From contig OZ024743.1 of NCBI GenBank assembly GCA_964016885.1, positions 189,596,001 to 189,660,000 on the forward strand: 64,000 nucleotides of DNA, read 5' to 3'. A model generated the notes under the pieces. That model searched no databases. It was given only the letters and a program-made list of their open reading frames with translations, and was not told the DNA's origin. The DNA is from Eledone cirrhosa. Lineage: Eukaryota. Made by a program: the position numbers and the translations under genes. Shown in pieces: positions 13,736-28,327 of the stretch (position 1 is the stretch's first letter; every line of letters starts with the position of its first letter).

Positions 13736-15170
13736 TCATTATTATTATTATTATTATCATCTGCAATAATGATGATCGTTTATGTATAACCATTAAAAAT
13801 AGTTCTTCATTATATTCAATCTTTCTCTTTATCCAAACCTCTCCTACTTTTAACTTAAGTTTCCAATGAATTATAGCATGCTTCAAATCACTTAATATCT
13901 GAAGACTTCATTCTCAGTACAACAAATAACCTCCAGTTATGTTTGATGTTTTCAGAAGATTATTTTTCTAAATTTTTCTATTTCTGAGATTATACATATG
14001 TATTAAAAATAGAAATTTAAATCACCAGAAGTGCTGAGCCATTGAAATTATTGGAATCTATAGAAGAGAAGGACTTAGGAAGGTATGGAAGCTGAACTTC
14101 ATGACAGTGATGACAAGGAACAGAGATGAATGGTTGCACATGGTGCTGGAGAAGGCTTCCAATATGCTCCTCCACCTATTGCTCCATCCAATACACACCC
14201 TCACCCTCTCATATATCACACTTTATGTACCCTCTATGCAACATTACCATGTAACATTTTGTGCTCCCTGTCATACTGTACCCAACCCATTACTAATATC
14301 CCTGTTACTCTATTTCCACTCCATCACACATCTATCTCTTTATCTATCTCCCACCAAGACTTTCTTCCTCTGACCGCCAGAACTCTTTCCTCTTTTTGCC
14401 ATATCTTCTACTGCTGGCTGTCAACATTCCTTCTCCATATGGCTCCATAACTGACCCATGCTGCTATTCATCCCTCATACACCACTCCATATGCCTCAAC
14501 TGTTGTTATCTATTCCCCCATAGTCATGCCAAAAATCCCCATGTAACCCAATCACTCTTACATAACCTTACAACCATGGCCACCTTAATCAATACACCCT
14601 ACCCCTATCCACTCCTGGTCATGGTTACCTTGGAACAAACTGACTTCTCTTAAAACAACCCTTAGACTGGTACCATAATAAAAAGCACTTAGTAATGTGC
14701 TGGCAACTCAAAATTCTGTAATGTGGCTGGCAATTCAAGATTAAAGTACATAGGGTAGACACGAATCTTCAGTCATGTCTAAGATATGGATATCTCTTTA
14801 GTGTTGATGCCACAATAAAATTATCTTGGTGTATACTGTAATGTAGTTGGCATTTAGGAAGAGCATTCATGTAGAAACCATCTTATGGGATGGACCTCAC
14901 ATCAAAGACAAAACAAACTCTCTAATGCTGGTGCCAAGATAAAATATATCCATTACCCTTTGTGAAGTAACTAGCATTAGAAATGGTATCTAGTCATAGA
15001 AACCATGCCAGATATGAAACATTAAGTGAGAAGTGCTTCTTTGACTTGTTTAGGAAGGCAGTCACTCCAATTATGTATTGCAACAATCCTTCTGGCTCAA
15101 GCCAGCATGGAAAAGCTAATATAAAATAATGATGATGATGCTAAGGATGTTTGCATGTTTGTGTATTTGA

Positions 15171-15247
<77 letters not shown>

Positions 15248-15260
15248 CATATGTATGTTG

Positions 15261-16510
15261 TCTAAGACTAAAGTTCTAGTTTGTAGCAAGGAAAATAGGG
15301 CACTGGTCCCATCTGGGAAATGGCTGTGCTCAGTGTGTAGGAAAGGAGTAGGTAGAAACTCCATTTTATGTCCCAAATGCAAAGTATGGGTACATAAAAG
15401 ATGTAGTCGGATCACAGGTAAGCTAACTAAGAATATAGATTTTATATGTGGCCGGTGCTCTGGTGCAATAAGTACCAGCAAGTGCCCACAGGATACTAAC
15501 TCATTCCATTGCACAGATGGTTCTATAGAAATAGTGGACAGCTTCCGTTACCTGGGTGATAAAATCAGCAGTGGGGGAGGGTGCTCTAAAAGTACAGTAG
15601 CTAGAGTCAGAACGGGATGGAAAAAGTTCAGAGAGCTTATACCACTATTGGCCGCTAAAGGGTTCTCGCTAAAAATGAAAGGCAGATTGTATGATGCCTG
15701 CATACGAACAGCAATGTTGCATGGCAGTGAGACCTGGGCATTGTGTGCAGAGGATATACGCAGACTAGAGAGGAACGAAGCTTGCATGCTCCGCTGGATG
15801 TGTAATAGTAATATACGTGAACGGCAAAGCATAAATGAACTAAGGGAGAAATTAGAAATAAGAGGGATCAGATGTTGTTTACTCGAGAGAAGACTACATT
15901 GGTATGGTCACGTGATGTGCATGAAAGACGACAGCTGTATAAAAAAGTGCAGGGCAATAAAAATAGATGGTAGCCACGGAGTAGGCAGACCCAGAAAAAC
16001 CTGAGATGACTTGATAAATTCCGACCTCACACACTTACACCTCTCCAAGACAATGTCACTGGACCGAGATCTTTGGCGCTACACGGTAACACAGAAGACC
16101 CACCTTACCTAAGTGCAAAGTGAAATCTACTACAGTCAGTAGGCACCTCTAACAAAATACACCCCCCGTCCCACTACCCCCACCCCATCCACACCACCCC
16201 TTTCAATGTAAAGTTATGTTGGTACCACAACATCCAGCCCAAAACAAATGAGGTCGTGTAGGTGTCACGACAAAAAAACACACAGTCCACGCTGTAATGA
16301 GGCCGTGTAGGTAACACGGTAAAAACCTCCCAGTTCCACACTGTAAATGTGGTTGGTGTTAGGAAGGGCATCCAGCCGTAGAAAACCCACCAGACTGTCC
16401 TATGCGAGCAAGACAACCACTCTTGCCTCAAGTGGGAAAACTTCCATCCAAACCCATGCGAGCGTGGAATATGGACGTTAAACGAACTTGGTGATGATGA
16501 TGATGATGAT
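15261..16510 (+). mobile_element. RTE LINE 3' fragment (PHD-like finger to tail), subfamily B
   Basis: ORF 15207-16004 is very similar to the C-terminal part of 38279-39508; same 3'UTR; (GAT)n tail; flanked by (AT)n on both sides. Confidence 0.95.
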
Positions 16511-19500
16511 ATATATATATATATATAATATTATTCAAAATATTAAATGAAAAATATTCTCATAATCAAAATATATACTTTATTATATACAACTCAAAGG
16601 TACTGTGTTGTTTTTTTCACTAAACCCTCATCAGACAAAATATATGATTTGATATATGTCATACCGCTACGGTCTTGATTATTCAATTCCAGTATTGGCA
16701 GTGATTTATTTCATCAAATCTCAACGTTTATATTCCACAAATAATATTATAAACTTAAAGAAGAAATGGACGTGGAGCAAATTAGAGATATAAGAGAGGG
16801 TGTAAAGAAGAGAAAAGGCAAGAAAAAAAAAATAAATACATACATAAATAGATAAATGAATAAAAAAATAAAAAAATGGATGAATGAATAAAAGAAATAT
16901 ATAAAAAAAGAAAAGAGGAATAACGACAAAAGAGAGGGAAGGTGTTGGGAAAATAAAGGGAACGAAGGAGGGTAAAGAAAAATAAAGAAAAATAAGGAAA
17001 CATCAAATGGAGGGGGATAGAGAAAAAAAACCGTTGTTTTTAAATGTTAGATCAAATAGGACATCTAATCAATTCACATAAACAATTGAATATATCTTGT
17101 ATTTGATTATGCTTTAGTTAATTATACTTATATATTATATCAAAATTAATCATACACTTTAAAACCTAGCATAACAACAAGCAAACCGATACCAATTACT
17201 GGTACAGAAGTGATGGAAGTCATTAGCCAGAAGCTGTAGTATTATGAGGTAGAGTGAGAAGGGGGAGAGAAAAGGGGAGAGTTTATAGACACGTAGCTAT
17301 ACACATAAACACAAAGACACATTACGTACTTTTTCAGAACAACAGAACAACAAACATATATATATATAGAGTGACAAAGATGAAGAAGAGAGAGAAATTG
17401 AAAGCATCAAATGCCTTATTTCAAAAAGTATAAACAATATAATCATTTCAATAAATGATAAATGTAAAAATATTCTGAAGTTACATATGGATATCTATGT
17501 CCACAAATGTGTATGTTTATGTGTTTGATTATATATGGGTGTGTAAGTGTGTTTATGTGCGTGTTTGTATGCCTGTGTGTGGGCTGCTTTGCTTCTTCAA
17601 TGCTTTAAGCAAAAGCTGAGATTTAAATGTACACATCAGAAACATTCTTTGTTTTGGTGGAGTTTTTTTTTTTTAAATCTTATTAAATTTGTCGAATCCT
17701 TACAAGTGTATGACAAAATAGCTTATGGTATATGTTTTGGATCTTTATCTTCTGAGTGAAAACTTTCTCCTAAGTAACTTTGCCTTTCACCCTTCCAGGA
17801 TTGATAAAATAGACAATTTAATTGACTACTGCCACCAAAAATATATTTTTTACCTTATACTTGTATTAAAAACAGTTATCATTATATCATTAAGGCAGGG
17901 TATTGGTATAATCATTAGATCCATGCCTGGCATTATTTGTTATGGCTCTTTATTTTCTGAGCTCAAATTCTGACGAAGTTAATGTTGCCTTTTATTCAGA
18001 ATGGATAAAACAAAGTATCAGTTAAAAATAGAGGCCAATACCTTCTCTTCTTCTTCACCCACTTATTTCTGAGAGGGTCACATTAGTTGCCTTAGGAGGT
18101 TTGAAAGTAAATTTTTGAAGAGAGGAAAAGTAGACTAATCCTTAAATAAACTTAGATATATTATTATTCCATAAAGAGATGAAAGTCAAATTCAATTCCA
18201 GTGGTATATCAACTCAGAATGTAGTGTCAAAATCGTTCTTGAGTCTAAATGTTCATTAGAGGGCAGTTTATCTTGGTTTCATGAGGCATTTAGTGATTGA
18301 GAATACAACATTTTCCTCTGGATAGATGGAGTTTATCACAGGAATATCCTCAAGCTGCAGCTGGTACTCATTTTATTTTTTTTTTATTGCAGCAACAAAA
18401 AAGAATTAGTTCACTCTATCTCAAAACAACGTCCTTAAGATTGCAAGCCAAACACTCTAACCACTTCACTGTACTACAATAGATTAAATGCAGTAAATCA
18501 TTTAGTGTGCTGGTTAGGTTATGATATTTCCAAGAAGATGCTGTTCTGCAAGTGACTAAAATATTAATCTCATTAAGTTTTATTACTGACGAAAATTTAA
18601 TTCAATTCTTGGATATAATGAGTAATAATTATTGTACTTTGCTGTGGATTACATAGTCAGCAAAAGACAATCGGATTATTAATGACACTCGTAATGATAA
18701 TATCTTGATGAAACAAATTAAAACAGATACTATTTCTGAGAATTGTGCATCAGCTATCCCAGATCAGTACTTAAAGCTATAAAGTGTAAGATTATTGAGA
18801 TGAGAAATATCTCCATATCTTATAAGAGATAGAGTTAGGAACATTTTACAGTGCTCTACTTTTAGGTAATGTTAATATAAAACTACTTCATGCAACATTG
18901 GGAATGTGTGTTGTTGTTATTGCTGTTGTTGTTGTAGTTTAGCTCTAGACCAGCCTTAATTGAACATAACTATGTCCAAAGATTTTCCACCTACAACCAT
19001 CATGTATTTATGTTATCAAGGATTGCATTATTCAATGTATTCTTTTTAACAAGAGAGTAAGGTGTGATACTATGGACCTTCAGCTGCTATTTCGAGCAGT
19101 GACATAATGTCACTATGTAATATATGTTTGTGTGCAAATAATCTCCCGTGAGAAATCTTACTATGTTTATTACTAGGATATAGTGGAGTGGAGTTTCCTA
19201 CTGTGGCAAATTAAAAGTTAGAAATAGCAGCCAGATTTCACTAATGAAATAAGAATGACTGATGAAGACTCTCTCTATTCAGGTAATTTCTGGTTGCGTT
19301 TAAAACATTGGAAGGTTGAAATGCATAGTTACAACTTGCTTTTAAAAAACAAAATTTATTCATGACTCAACCAAATATTAAAAGAGTTAGACAGCAGCAT
19401 TATACCACCATCCTCATCATCTCATTGAGGATAATAATCACAGAAACAGCAGCATGAAACCACAAACCCTGATGTATTCCGTCCTTTCTTTTACACTTCC

Positions 19501-20913
19501 TCTAGCTAGCATTTGAGCCATACCTTTCTTCACCTCTAGCCTCCTACCAGTTTCAGAAGTCTCTAGACTAGGATATAAAGATACAATCAATATCTCACAA
19601 TCAGAATGTCTTGAACAGTCACTAATGAAAATATTCAAATAGGATTTGAACCATTAAAACCAGCTTTCACTGGACATTAATCATCATGATTATCATCTCC
19701 ACTCGAATGATTTTTAGATAGAGACCAAGTGAGAGAGAATTTATATGTGTATGCTTGTGTGTTGTGTATGTGTCTATTTGATAGAGATAGAGAAAGAGAG
19801 AGGGGTGAGCGAGAAGTAAAGAATTATACAAATTGATTGGAAATATTTCAGTAAATGTACTTTCCATTTTGTGAATAGATTTCTCATAAACATTAGATAT
19901 TAAAGATATTGTTTAGTCCTTTGTGGGAATTTAATCATTTCTTGCAATAAAAAAGGAGCTGATATACATTGATATTGTTATAGCTATTGTGAAAGGAAGT
20001 ACAAACATATACATACACAAATATAAAAGAAGACACATACATTCATATCATCATCATCAACATCGTCATCATTTAATGTCTGTTTTCCCTGTTATATATA
20101 TATATAAAATAGATTTTCAAATATATATATATATAAGCATAGATATACATACAAAAGTTATCCATCAGTTACAATTTTAGCTCAATGATTAAATCAGAGC
20201 ATTATGAATTCAAAATGGGAACAGTGAGATAAAAATATCGACCTTCTTACAACAAAAATCTTGCTTACTTTCCCCATGTTGGATTTATAATGCTCTGACC
20301 ATAGGACTTTTAACAGATAAAATGAAATGACAGATGAGAAGATCCTGAAGGAGATAATTATAATGATTACAGTGGTAAACATGTGTGCCACTCTCTCTGT
20401 CTCAGGGATTATTACCTGATGACAAGCTTAAGCAAGATGTCTGGTACTCACATAAACTGCAGTTTCTATTTAGAGTTCCCTCTTCTTGAAGAATGCCTTA
20501 ATAATGGCTCAGGGTCCTTTGCTTCCAATGGACTTTCTTCTTTTCCTCATCTGCAGATTCCACAACTGTAGATCAGTTTCAGTAGTTTGTTGACTTTGTG
20601 ATACTGGCAGTTGACCAAGGCAGTTCATCTGCTCAGCATCAGATGACATATGCCGTTGAGATTCTGACTTAAATTAATCTGCTGTAGTTCAGCATTCACC
20701 ATGCTGCAAACACAATACTTCACCATAGCTCTGGCAGGGTGGCTCCTGTGTCTTAGGCCTTGCAAAATGAGCTATTCATGGTTTGGTCTGGGTCTGATTA
20801 TTTCTGTATTCATAGGTTAAGGGTCTCCCAACAATCCTGTTAAAGGTTTGAAAGTTAAAAGCTAAAAAGTTAAAAATGAAAGGAGTTAAAAAGTAGAGTT
20901 AAAAGGCCAGTCA

Positions 20914-22215
20914 GTGTCCACCAGGGTTCTGTTCTTAGCCCTCTCCTGTTTATTACAGTATTTCAGGCTGTCACAGAGGAGTTTAAGACCGGATGCCCAT
21001 GGGAACTTCTGTATGCGGATGATCTTACATTTATAGCTGGATCTATGGCGGAACTAAAGAAGAAATTCCAAACATAGAAGCAGGGATTAGAAAGAAGTGG
21101 CCTCAAAGTCAACCTATCAAAGACTAAGGTCCTTGTAGGTAGGAATTTTATCCACTGCCCCAAATGCAAACAATGGATACACAAGGGATCTAGTTAGATC
21201 TCAGGAAGCTTAGTTAGGAATGTAGGTTTTACATGTAGCAGCTGCACCAGGATGGTAAAGAGCAAATGGCCACAGGAAACAAGCACTACCAAACTCTGAG
21301 AGGGCTCTGTAGAAACAATAGACAGCTTCTGCTACCTAGGTGACCAAATTAGCAGCAGAGGTAGGTGTTCTGAAAGTACAGTAACCAGGGTAAGAACGGA
21401 ATGGAAGAAGTTCAGGGAGCTACTACCACTGCTAGCTGCAAAAGGCTTTTCCCTCAAAATGAAAGGTAGACTGTATGATGCGTGTATACGAACAGCAATG
21501 TTACATGGTAGTGAAACCTGGGTGTTGTGCGCAGAAGACTTGCATAGATTAGAAAGAAACAAAGCTTGCATGTTCTGATAGATGTGTAATAGTAATATAC
21601 ACGAACGGCAAAGCATAAATGAATTGAGAGAGAGACTGAACATAAGAGGAATCAAATACTGTGTGCAGGAGAGAAGGATGCATTTGTATGGACATGTGAT
21701 GCATATGAAGGATGACAGCTGCATAAAAAGGTGCAGAGTACTAAAAGTTTATCGAAGCCGTGGAGTGGAGAGACCCAAGAAGACCTGAGATGAGGTGATA
21801 AAAGTGGACCTTGCCCAATTGTACCTCTCAACGGTGATGACACATGGCCATGACCTCTGGCATCACGCAATAATACAGAAGACCTGAATTCCCATGGGAA
21901 CAAGCTGAAACCGAAGCCTATAGGCGATATGCGTCCATCTCCTCCCACTGCAAAGTGGTCTTGGAGGTGTCACAACAAAAAAGCACCCAGCCCACACTGT
22001 AAAGTGGACGTGTAGGTGCCATGGAAAAAAAGCAACCAGCATTCACTGTAAATGAGGTTGGTATTAGGAAGGGCATCCAGCTGTAGAAATCAAGCCAAAA
22101 TCAGTTCCCATATGAGCAATACAAGGTCAGCTGACCTAACATTGCCCACAACAGGACAACCTGTCTAACCCATGCTAGCATGGAAGAATCAACGTAAAAC
22201 GGTGATGATGATGAT
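20914..22215 (+). mobile_element. RTE LINE 3' fragment, subfamily A, several stops and a deletion in the finger
   Basis: VHQGSVLSPLLF, GCPWELLYADD, CPKCKQWIH, subfamily A 3'UTR and (GAT)n tail. Confidence 0.92.
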
Positions 22216-22246
22216 AAATAAATACACAGTGACACGCAATTATATA

Positions 22247-22584
22247 CATCATCATCATCATCATTTTACGTCCGCTTTTCCCTGCTTGCAAGGGTGGGAC
22301 GGGAACTGATTCTGGCTTGATTTCTACAGCTGGATGCCCTTCCTAACACCAACCTCATTTACAGTGAGTGGTGGGTGCCTTTTTGCCATGGCACCTCCAC
22401 GACCACTTTGCAGTGGAATGATATGGACCCCAGTCCCTATCATCTCATTTCTACAGCTGAGTAAACTGGAGCAATGTCAAATAAAGTGTCTTGCTCAAGG
22501 AAACAACACATCACCCGGTCTGAGAATTGAACTCACAACCTTTTGATTGCAAGGCCAATGCTCTAACCACTAAGCCATGTGCCC
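22247..22584 (-). mobile_element. tRNA-derived CORE-like SINE with RTE-derived 3' end
   Basis: Minus strand has A box TGGCTTAGTGG, B-box-like GAGTTCAATTC, CORE-like TCCTTGAGCAAGACACTTTATTT, the LINE-A 3'UTR segment and a (GAT)n tail. Confidence 0.88.
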
Positions 22585-23509
22585 ACATATTCTTGATATT
22601 TGTTGACTCTCATATGTTTCTATGACATTTGACAGGCTTTGTTTGTTTATCTCTAGGATGTCTAAGATCACTTCTCACCAAGCAAGGTTGGTGAGGTTGC
22701 AAGTTTAGTCATTGATGACCTAATCATGCATTAGGTTATACTAGGTTACATGTTACCAGTAGCACTCGAGAGCAATCTGACCATAATATACATACACACA
22801 CGCACACACATACATACACACACACATATTGCTGTAACTTGTTGCTGATAGTCAACAACAAACAACAGCAATAAACCCATGAACTCTTAAACAACCATGC
22901 TAGCAACAAATGTGACACTATTTGTCTCAACTGCCATATCTTGAAGCCATATCAAAATACTGTCAATGATATTAAATTTACTGTTAGCTGGGTAAGTAAA
23001 GAGTACAAACTTTTGAAATATATCCTTAATTAAACTTTTCAATGTGAGATTAATTTATGTATGACACTTTCTCTTGGAAAAGACATAAAACCACTATATT
23101 TTTCAAGAAACCAAATGAAATTTTATGAAGGTGAATATTCATGAAAAATTAAAGCCCTTACATTTTGACAAGTTAAAGTCTATCTATAGGCCCCTGTGAA
23201 GCATTATATTGGTCTTAATACAGGTGTTAACAGAAACAAAACAACACAAAAATAACATCAATGTTTGAAAATTAGAAAAAAGATACCCGATCTACGAAAA
23301 ACTATTGGCCATGTGACAATGCTTATCACATTTAAACAAAAATAAAAAATAACTACACTCCTCACCAACAAAGAGTGAACATGAAAGAGAAATGTTGTTT
23401 GGATACAGAACAACCAGCACTCTTCAAACAAGAATTGAGAACTATCAGAAGAGAGTAGTTGAAAGGAAAATTATTAATAACCAAGCATCAATGTGTCTGT
23501 ATATATGCT

Positions 23510-24386
23510 TTGTTACCTGGGTGATCAAATTAGCAGTGGAGGTGGGTATGCCGAAGATATTATAGCCAGAGTGAGAATGGGATGGGAAAAGTTCAGGGAG
23601 CTACTATCGCTGCTAGCTACAAAAGGTTTTCCCCTCACAATGAAGGGTAGATTGTATGATGCAAGTATATGAACAGAAATGTTACATGGTAATGAGACCT
23701 GAGCACTTTGAGCAGAGGACCTGCAAATATTGAAAAGAAATGAAGTTGGCATACTTTGAGGGATGTGTAATAGCAATATACATGAATGGCAAAGCATAAA
23801 TAAACTGAGAGAAAAACTGGCCATATGGGGGATCACATGCAGTGTGCAGGAGAGGAGATTGCGTTGGTATAGAAATATGATGCATATGAAGGATGACAGC
23901 TGCATAAGAATGTGCAGAGTGTCAAAGTTGATCAAAGCTATGGTGGGGGATGACCTAAGAAGACTTGGGATGCGGCAACAATCACTAAGGCGATGATGCA
24001 GGATTGAGATCTCTGTCGTTATTCAGTAATACAGAAGATTCGCCTTTCCATGTGCACAGATTGAAACATACATTTAGTATGCATCACTTTCATTTACCTC
24101 TCCCTCCCCCTTCCATATACCTCCCACATACTAACACCCCACCCTTCATCTACACCTCACCCTAGATCTACCTGCCCCATCCCAATCCTCACTGTAAAGT
24201 GGTCATTTAGGTGTCAGTATCAAAAGCACAGAATCCACTCTGGAAGGGCATCCAGCCATAGAAACCAAGCTAAATTCAGTTCTGTATGAGCAAGACACAG
24301 TCAGCTGATCTGACTTGTTTCACAATGGGAGAACTCGTCTAACCCTAAATTGTACGTTAAACGGTGATGATAATGATTATGATGAT
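23510..24386 (+). mobile_element. Decayed RTE LINE 3' fragment
   Basis: FCYLGDQISSGGG, MCNSNIHEWQSIN, RRLRWY, GGAAGGGCATCCAGCC module and a degenerate GAT tail. Confidence 0.85.
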
Positions 24387-26123
24387 GTATGTATATGTAT
24401 ATGATGTAAACACCTGAAACAAAATAAACATCTTTTTAATGTTTTACAAATATTAAAAAATGTCCGATAACTTTGATAGCTCGCTTTTTTTTTAATGGTA
24501 TTCTTCAATATTGTAAATATTTTAATACCATCTTTATTTTTTAAATTTGCCTTTTGTCTTCCATATCATTTATATTTATGTTTTTTTTTTAGTTTCTTCA
24601 ATTCCCATTATTTTCTTTTATCGATTTATGTTTTCTTTGGTTTCTTTAAGCAATATTTCCACATTTCTTTTTAAATAATTCCTGGAATTCTTCCCAGTAT
24701 TGTGTTTTCTTCAATAATATTTGTGAAACGAAGTTCTTATATACTAGCAACCATGAACATTATTGTCATTATCATTGACACCTCTGACATTTTCATTGTT
24801 ACTGTTCTTGTGAAGGAATTAATTAGTCAGGAATATTTACGTCTATCTCATTACTTATTCTATTAATATTCCCTATATTGAAATGCCAACTACCATTGTC
24901 TATTGAGGAGTCTCATCAAGGCACAGAAAGGAATTGTTTTGAAGAAGGTTTTCATTTTGATTTTTTTAGGAGCTATTGTGTTATTAATATTTGCAGCAGA
25001 ACTTATTTAGCAGAACTTATTCTATAGTTATTGTTATTTTACGCATAATTTAGTTAATTCTTATTAATCTATTCTTTTGTCATGGCAGTTAAGATTCTGA
25101 TTAGTTGATGCTGCTGGTGCAATTGCTGTTTTGTTGCTGTTACTTCTGTTGTTGCTGTTGTTTTTCATTGCTGCACAGCACCAGGTTAGCAGTCATTACT
25201 TAGACCTAGAATCAGAATCATTCCAGCTATGATCATCTACCGTTTATTCAGTTACAATATATTTCAGACTATGTTATCCAAAGTGTTCTTTCTATTTTTG
25301 CTGAAAGGTTGAGATTTGATGGAGATTTGGCTGCTAATGCTAGCTAATTGTCACACCTCATAGCAGAAGATTGGGTAAGCTGAGAAGTGAGTGATGGCCA
25401 AGTCCAATACAATTTGTTATTTTTTACCATAATGTCAAGAAAAATAGGGGACATGGTAATTGCGCAAAAAGGAAATGGAACAAATCCTTTCATTTGTTCA
25501 ATGACTAAAATATTGTTCAAAGCCCATGGATACTTTTCATGTAGAATTTGTACATTTGGGATTCATTTATTTACTATTATTTATTATTATCCTTTTATAT
25601 AGTTGGTAGAATCTGATCAGGAGGAAGCAAAGACTACCTGAATATAAAACTGATCTTAATGTTTGGGACAGAATCATGTCATAGCCAGTAGAAACTAGAA
25701 GGGAGAGACAATAGATAGATTCAAGTTACAGTGTAATATATCTAAAAGAGGAGAATATATGACCCTAGGCATAGAAAAGTAAAGAGAAAACCCAGAATAA
25801 CAAAGGTGTCAAGATCTGATCATATTCATTAAATAAAGATTTACTGATTAAACCAGTGATTAATCCATTGAAATCTTATATCCATTAATACTATTATTTA
25901 TAATGCATGCAATAATGGTTCTTAGTGGCAATTGAATCTAAATGTTATCTAGGATATCATGGATCTATAATTCTCATTCTTTATATATGTGTCTATGATG
26001 ATCAAGCCAACTTATGATGAAATGCATTTTGGTCATGACCCTTACTTCTAATTAGGATTATATCTAACTTTACATTATCCAGTATGCCATCAATAATGCT
26101 ATGTCAAAGCATCACTACCTCTC

Positions 26124-26166
<43 letters not shown>

Positions 26167-26252
26167 ATATGTATGTATATACAGTTAAAAGGTGAAGGTG
26201 AAAAAGCACGGAAGTATATTTAAAGATTATCCTTTCTTTAATCTGACAGAAT

Positions 26253-26888
26253 GAATAATTTTATAAATTAGTATAGATGCTCTGAAATAGCGATGTATAT
26301 ATGAATGTATGTATAGTATATTTGATAATAAACTGTATGTTTATTTTTAAATATTTTGAAGACTATTCACTTTGAATTTTGAAGTAGTGACTAAACATAC
26401 AGTATACTATACGTACATTCATATATACTATACTATGTATACTATATACTATACTATGTATACTATACTATTCTATGTACTATACATGCACCTTTGATGA
26501 GTTGTAGTGCACCTGAGCACTGTACACAATAATTTCATTATTATTATTATTATACATCGCTATTTCAGAGCGCCTATACTAATTTCTAATTTTTGCTGGG
26601 CCGGCAACTGCTCAGTATGTTAATGAGTTTAAAGAACTTGTAAAAATAACTGGAATTCTACATGAATCCAGCTTCTATAACTCTCAGCAGAAGCAAAGGG
26701 ATATGTTGTCTTGACAACCACTTACAAGTGAGTACTACCGTTGATTATTCCGCTTTGCTTTTGCTGAGACTAAGTATGTGACGTAGTCACTAATTTACAA
26801 TTCTTAGCGAATGTTCTTCAAAATGTTTTAAAATAAACATTCAGTATATTATCAAATACACTATACATACATTCGAATAATTTTATAA
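26253..26888. repeat. Structured element with interleaved inverted repeats, flanked by a 14-bp direct repeat
   Basis: GAATAATTTTATAA at 26253-26266 and 26875-26888. Inverted pairs: 26265-26299/26551-26585 (33/35) and ~26303-26400/~26774-26874. Confidence 0.75.
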
Positions 26889-27132
26889 TTGTTGCATTAT
26901 ATATAACTGGTTTCAATTGGTATAACAATCTTAATATGTTTTTTCATGTCTTCTGTGAGCAGTTTGATATATGTGAATCTTCTGTAAAGATTTCCTTTTA
27001 TATATATAAGTTGTTTATGAAGTTGTAGTGGTGAAGGTAGGAGTAGTGTTCCACAAGTCAAGATTCAATTGAATTCCCAAGATTAAGAATAGAAAATGCT
27101 CTTACAATTCACAATAATAGTCCAGATGACAT

Positions 27133-27686
27133 TTTTGATGTGTGTGTATTTGTTTTGATGTGTGTGTATTTGTTTTGATGTGTGTGTATTTGTTTTGATG
27201 TGTGTGTATTTGTTTTGATGTGTGTGTATTTGTTTTGATGTGTGTGTATTTGTTTTGATGTGTGTGTATTTGTTTTGATGTGTGTGTATTTGTTTTGATG
27301 TGTGTGTATTTGTTTTGATGTGTGTGTATTTGTTTTGATGTGTGTGTATTTGTTTTGATGTGTGTGTATTTGTTTTGATGTGTGTGTATTTGTTTTGATG
27401 TGTGTGTATTTGTTTTGATGTGTGTGTATTTGTTTTGATGTGTGTGTATTTGTTTTGATGTGTGTGTATTTGTTTTGATGTGTGTGTATTTGTTTTGATG
27501 TGTGTGTATTTGTTTTGATGTGTGTGTATTTGTTTTGATGTGTGTGTATTTGTTTTGATGTGTGTGTATTTGTTTTGATGTGTGTGTATTTGTTTTGATG
27601 TGTGTGTATTTGTTTTGATGTGTGTGTATTTGTTTTGATGTGTGTGTATTTGTTTTGATGTGTGTGTATTTGTTTTGATGTGTGTA
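27133..27686. repeat. 20-bp minisatellite (TTTTGATGTGTGTGTATTTG)n, ~27 perfect copies
   Basis: Identical 60-nt lines from 27181 to 27660. Confidence 0.97.
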
Positions 27687-27819
27687 TGTTTTGTGAGGGT
27701 ATTAAGGCGGGTTGAATTGTGTAGAAAGGTCAGTGTTTGGGTTTGTGTAAGAAACTGAAAAAGGTTAAGAGGGGATATAAAGTTCTCTTTTGTCTTGTGG
27801 TATGTATCTGTGTGTATGC

Positions 27820-27821
<2 letters not shown>

Positions 27822-27908
<87 letters not shown>
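27822..27908. repeat. (GT)n microsatellite
   Basis: Perfect GT run. Confidence 0.97.
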
Positions 27909-27911
<3 letters not shown>

Positions 27912-28327
27912 CCCTTGTATCAAGAGAACAAAATTATTTTTAGGGTTTGCAGATAAAAGCAAGGATATAAATATAAATAAAAATATAGGTATAAACATGA
28001 TTGAAAGGGGTCCTGGAGGTGTGCAGAGGCTGGGTTCCTTGATAATTTACAGAAGAGAAAGAAAAAAAGAAAAAAAATAATAATAACGATGATAATAAAT
28101 AAAATTAAAAAATAATGAAAATAAAAATAAAAAAGGAGAAAGATAACTGAAGGAAGAAAAGAAATAGAGAAAGAAAGCAAGCAAGGGAAGGAAAAGAAGG
28201 TCTTTAGTAGAGGTTTCCTTGCAGTTATGGTTTTTCCTTTTATCTTGTGATGTGTGTGTGATTTGTATGTGATTTGTCTCATGTTTTCATCATGGATTTG
28301 TTGGCAGTGTATGGTCATTCTTTTCAA

